The position numbers and the translations under genes were made by a program. DNA of 63,741 bases, the filler included, from Hausera hauseri (Eukaryota): NCBI GenBank assembly GCA_046269625.1. It is 13 parts of 13 records of this genome, joined end to end, with 100 filler letters (N's around TTAATTAATTAA, not from the genome) between each part and the next. Parts side by side here need not be neighbours in the genome. Positions count along the whole stretch, not along the records: positions 59,169 to 63,741 come from JBJURY010522570.1; 12 more parts are not named here. One strand, written 5' to 3'. The notes under the pieces are model-generated. The model worked only from the letters and a program-made list of their open reading frames with translations, did no database searches and was not told where the DNA came from. Each line of letters begins with the position of its first letter. The first letter of the stretch is position 1. Of the stretch, positions 62,291-63,741 are shown piece after piece.

Positions 62291-63741
62291 TTTACTAAAT
62301 TACCACCTATACCTTCTCGTAACATTTTCCTTAATTTGTTAGACTTTAATCTTTGTATTGTGTTTAATTCACAACCTCCGCTGTCACAATGTGATTTGTT
62401 AAACATAAAGTTTTCTCCATCATCCCTTTCCGGAGCTAAACTAGTTATCGGTTAACATTCTTTCAATTTCACTACCTTCAAACATCGCCGTTACTATTAC
62501 AAGCATGGGACTAGCGTTCCCGAATGAAGTGCCGTCAATGCAGTCATCGTCTATTGTATTGGATTTACTGACCTATTCTGTTATATGTTGTGGATTGTGA
62601 CACGTTTTTGTTTTAATTTTCAATACAGTTTTTTGAAATTTTAGTGGCCAAATGTAACATCGAAAGATTTCTGCCTGCGGCAAATTTGATGAGAAATATG
62701 TTAGGCATATTCTATTTGCCTTTTGCCGTGAAACAGTTCAAACAATTTCCTGGTTTTTCCTATTCAATTAACCTCTTAAAAACAGTGACGATGGGAATTA
62801 TTGTTGACAATAGAACAGGTATATCCACCATGTGAAAATGACGAAGTGTTAATGACGGTATGACGGACAGAAATCGTGTGGTGATGAGCTGTATTCAGTT
62901 GATGGACAAGTTCCATATTGAATTGATGAATGATTCGTTGGTCGTAATTCCCGTAATTGTCATTAGTGTGGGTTGATCGGCGAATAAATCGTGCAATTTC
63001 GTCAGATTGTCCATTCGATTTGTGATTGGTAATGATGGTGTCACAGTGGCAGCTGCGGCTGCTGATAACTACGACTACAATGCGAATTTGCTTATCTTTG
63101 TCGTTTTCCATTTTTTGTAAAGTTAAATTCTTTTGGTGATCTGGGGATTTAAACAAATGAGTTTAAATGCACAGATTTTTGTTACTTATTATATTTTTGG
63201 GCGCATTTGTGATCTGTTTATTTCTTTACTTATTATTTTTTGTTTGTAAAGTAAAGCTTTGCATATATGTTGTTGGCAACGTGCGCATCCACGCCATCCA
63301 CGTCATCGCCCAGCTTGGGTAGGATTGGAAAATACCCGCCCTTTGGTATATCTGCTGAATCAGAATTGGATGGTTTGAAATTACTCATTAAAAAATAAAC
63401 ACAAGTTGTAGAAATGTTTTATTGCAATCCAAAATACTTATTTGGTAACAAAAATTCTAAATTCAAATTATACTTTTAATATTACACTTCCAAATTAAAT
63501 TAAAAATTTAAAAATATTTCTAATTTAAATTTAGAATTTCTGTTCTCTATTATATCCTTACATCCCCCTTTTGTAAGAATCTTCGTAGCTTCTCTACGTT
63601 TCTCTCCTAGGTTTGGCCATCTTTATGTCGTAGTACGTATCGCCTGCCGTGAACTTTCTCAATGATTGTGTAGGGGCCTTCGTATTTGTCTTTCTACTTT
63701 GTTCCGGATTCTTTCTGCACCAGCACCTGATCCCCTACTTC

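Noticed and set aside
62440-63156. CIDGT motif and 126-aa ORF as a Harbinger-type transposase
   Set aside because: The motif lacks the expected flanking residues and the frames are broken; unsupported.

Overview
This window is not one locus. It is 13 separate 4-5.5 kb contigs joined by twelve identical artificial 100-nt linkers (N44-TTAATTAATTAA-N44), so adjacency across a linker means nothing. The DNA is AT-rich and looks like the repeat fraction of an invertebrate animal genome. Host-type sequence: a decayed KDM5/lid gene, an IQCH fragment, one intact HCN-channel exon and a long repetitive basic protein. Mobile DNA: several decayed Ty3/gypsy LTR elements, an RTE-like LINE, a Chapaev3-like transposon, Tc1 fragments, a HINE-like element, a 2-kb foldback structure and Polinton/Maverick pieces (two diverged integrase + double minor-capsid cassettes and a pPolB). 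The best novelty candidate is 13402-18264, an endogenous ssDNA-virus-like element. It pairs a CRESS-type Rep SF3 helicase with a parvovirus-like capsid and two ORFans, all on one strand, as two diverged head-to-tail units. Both Rep copies carry a tiny GT-AG intron (41 and 38 nt) at the same position. The second candidate is a gypsy element in which a chuvirus/herpes-gB-type env lies upstream of PR-RT-RH (44704-49956). All family assignments are from motif recognition by eye; no searches were run.
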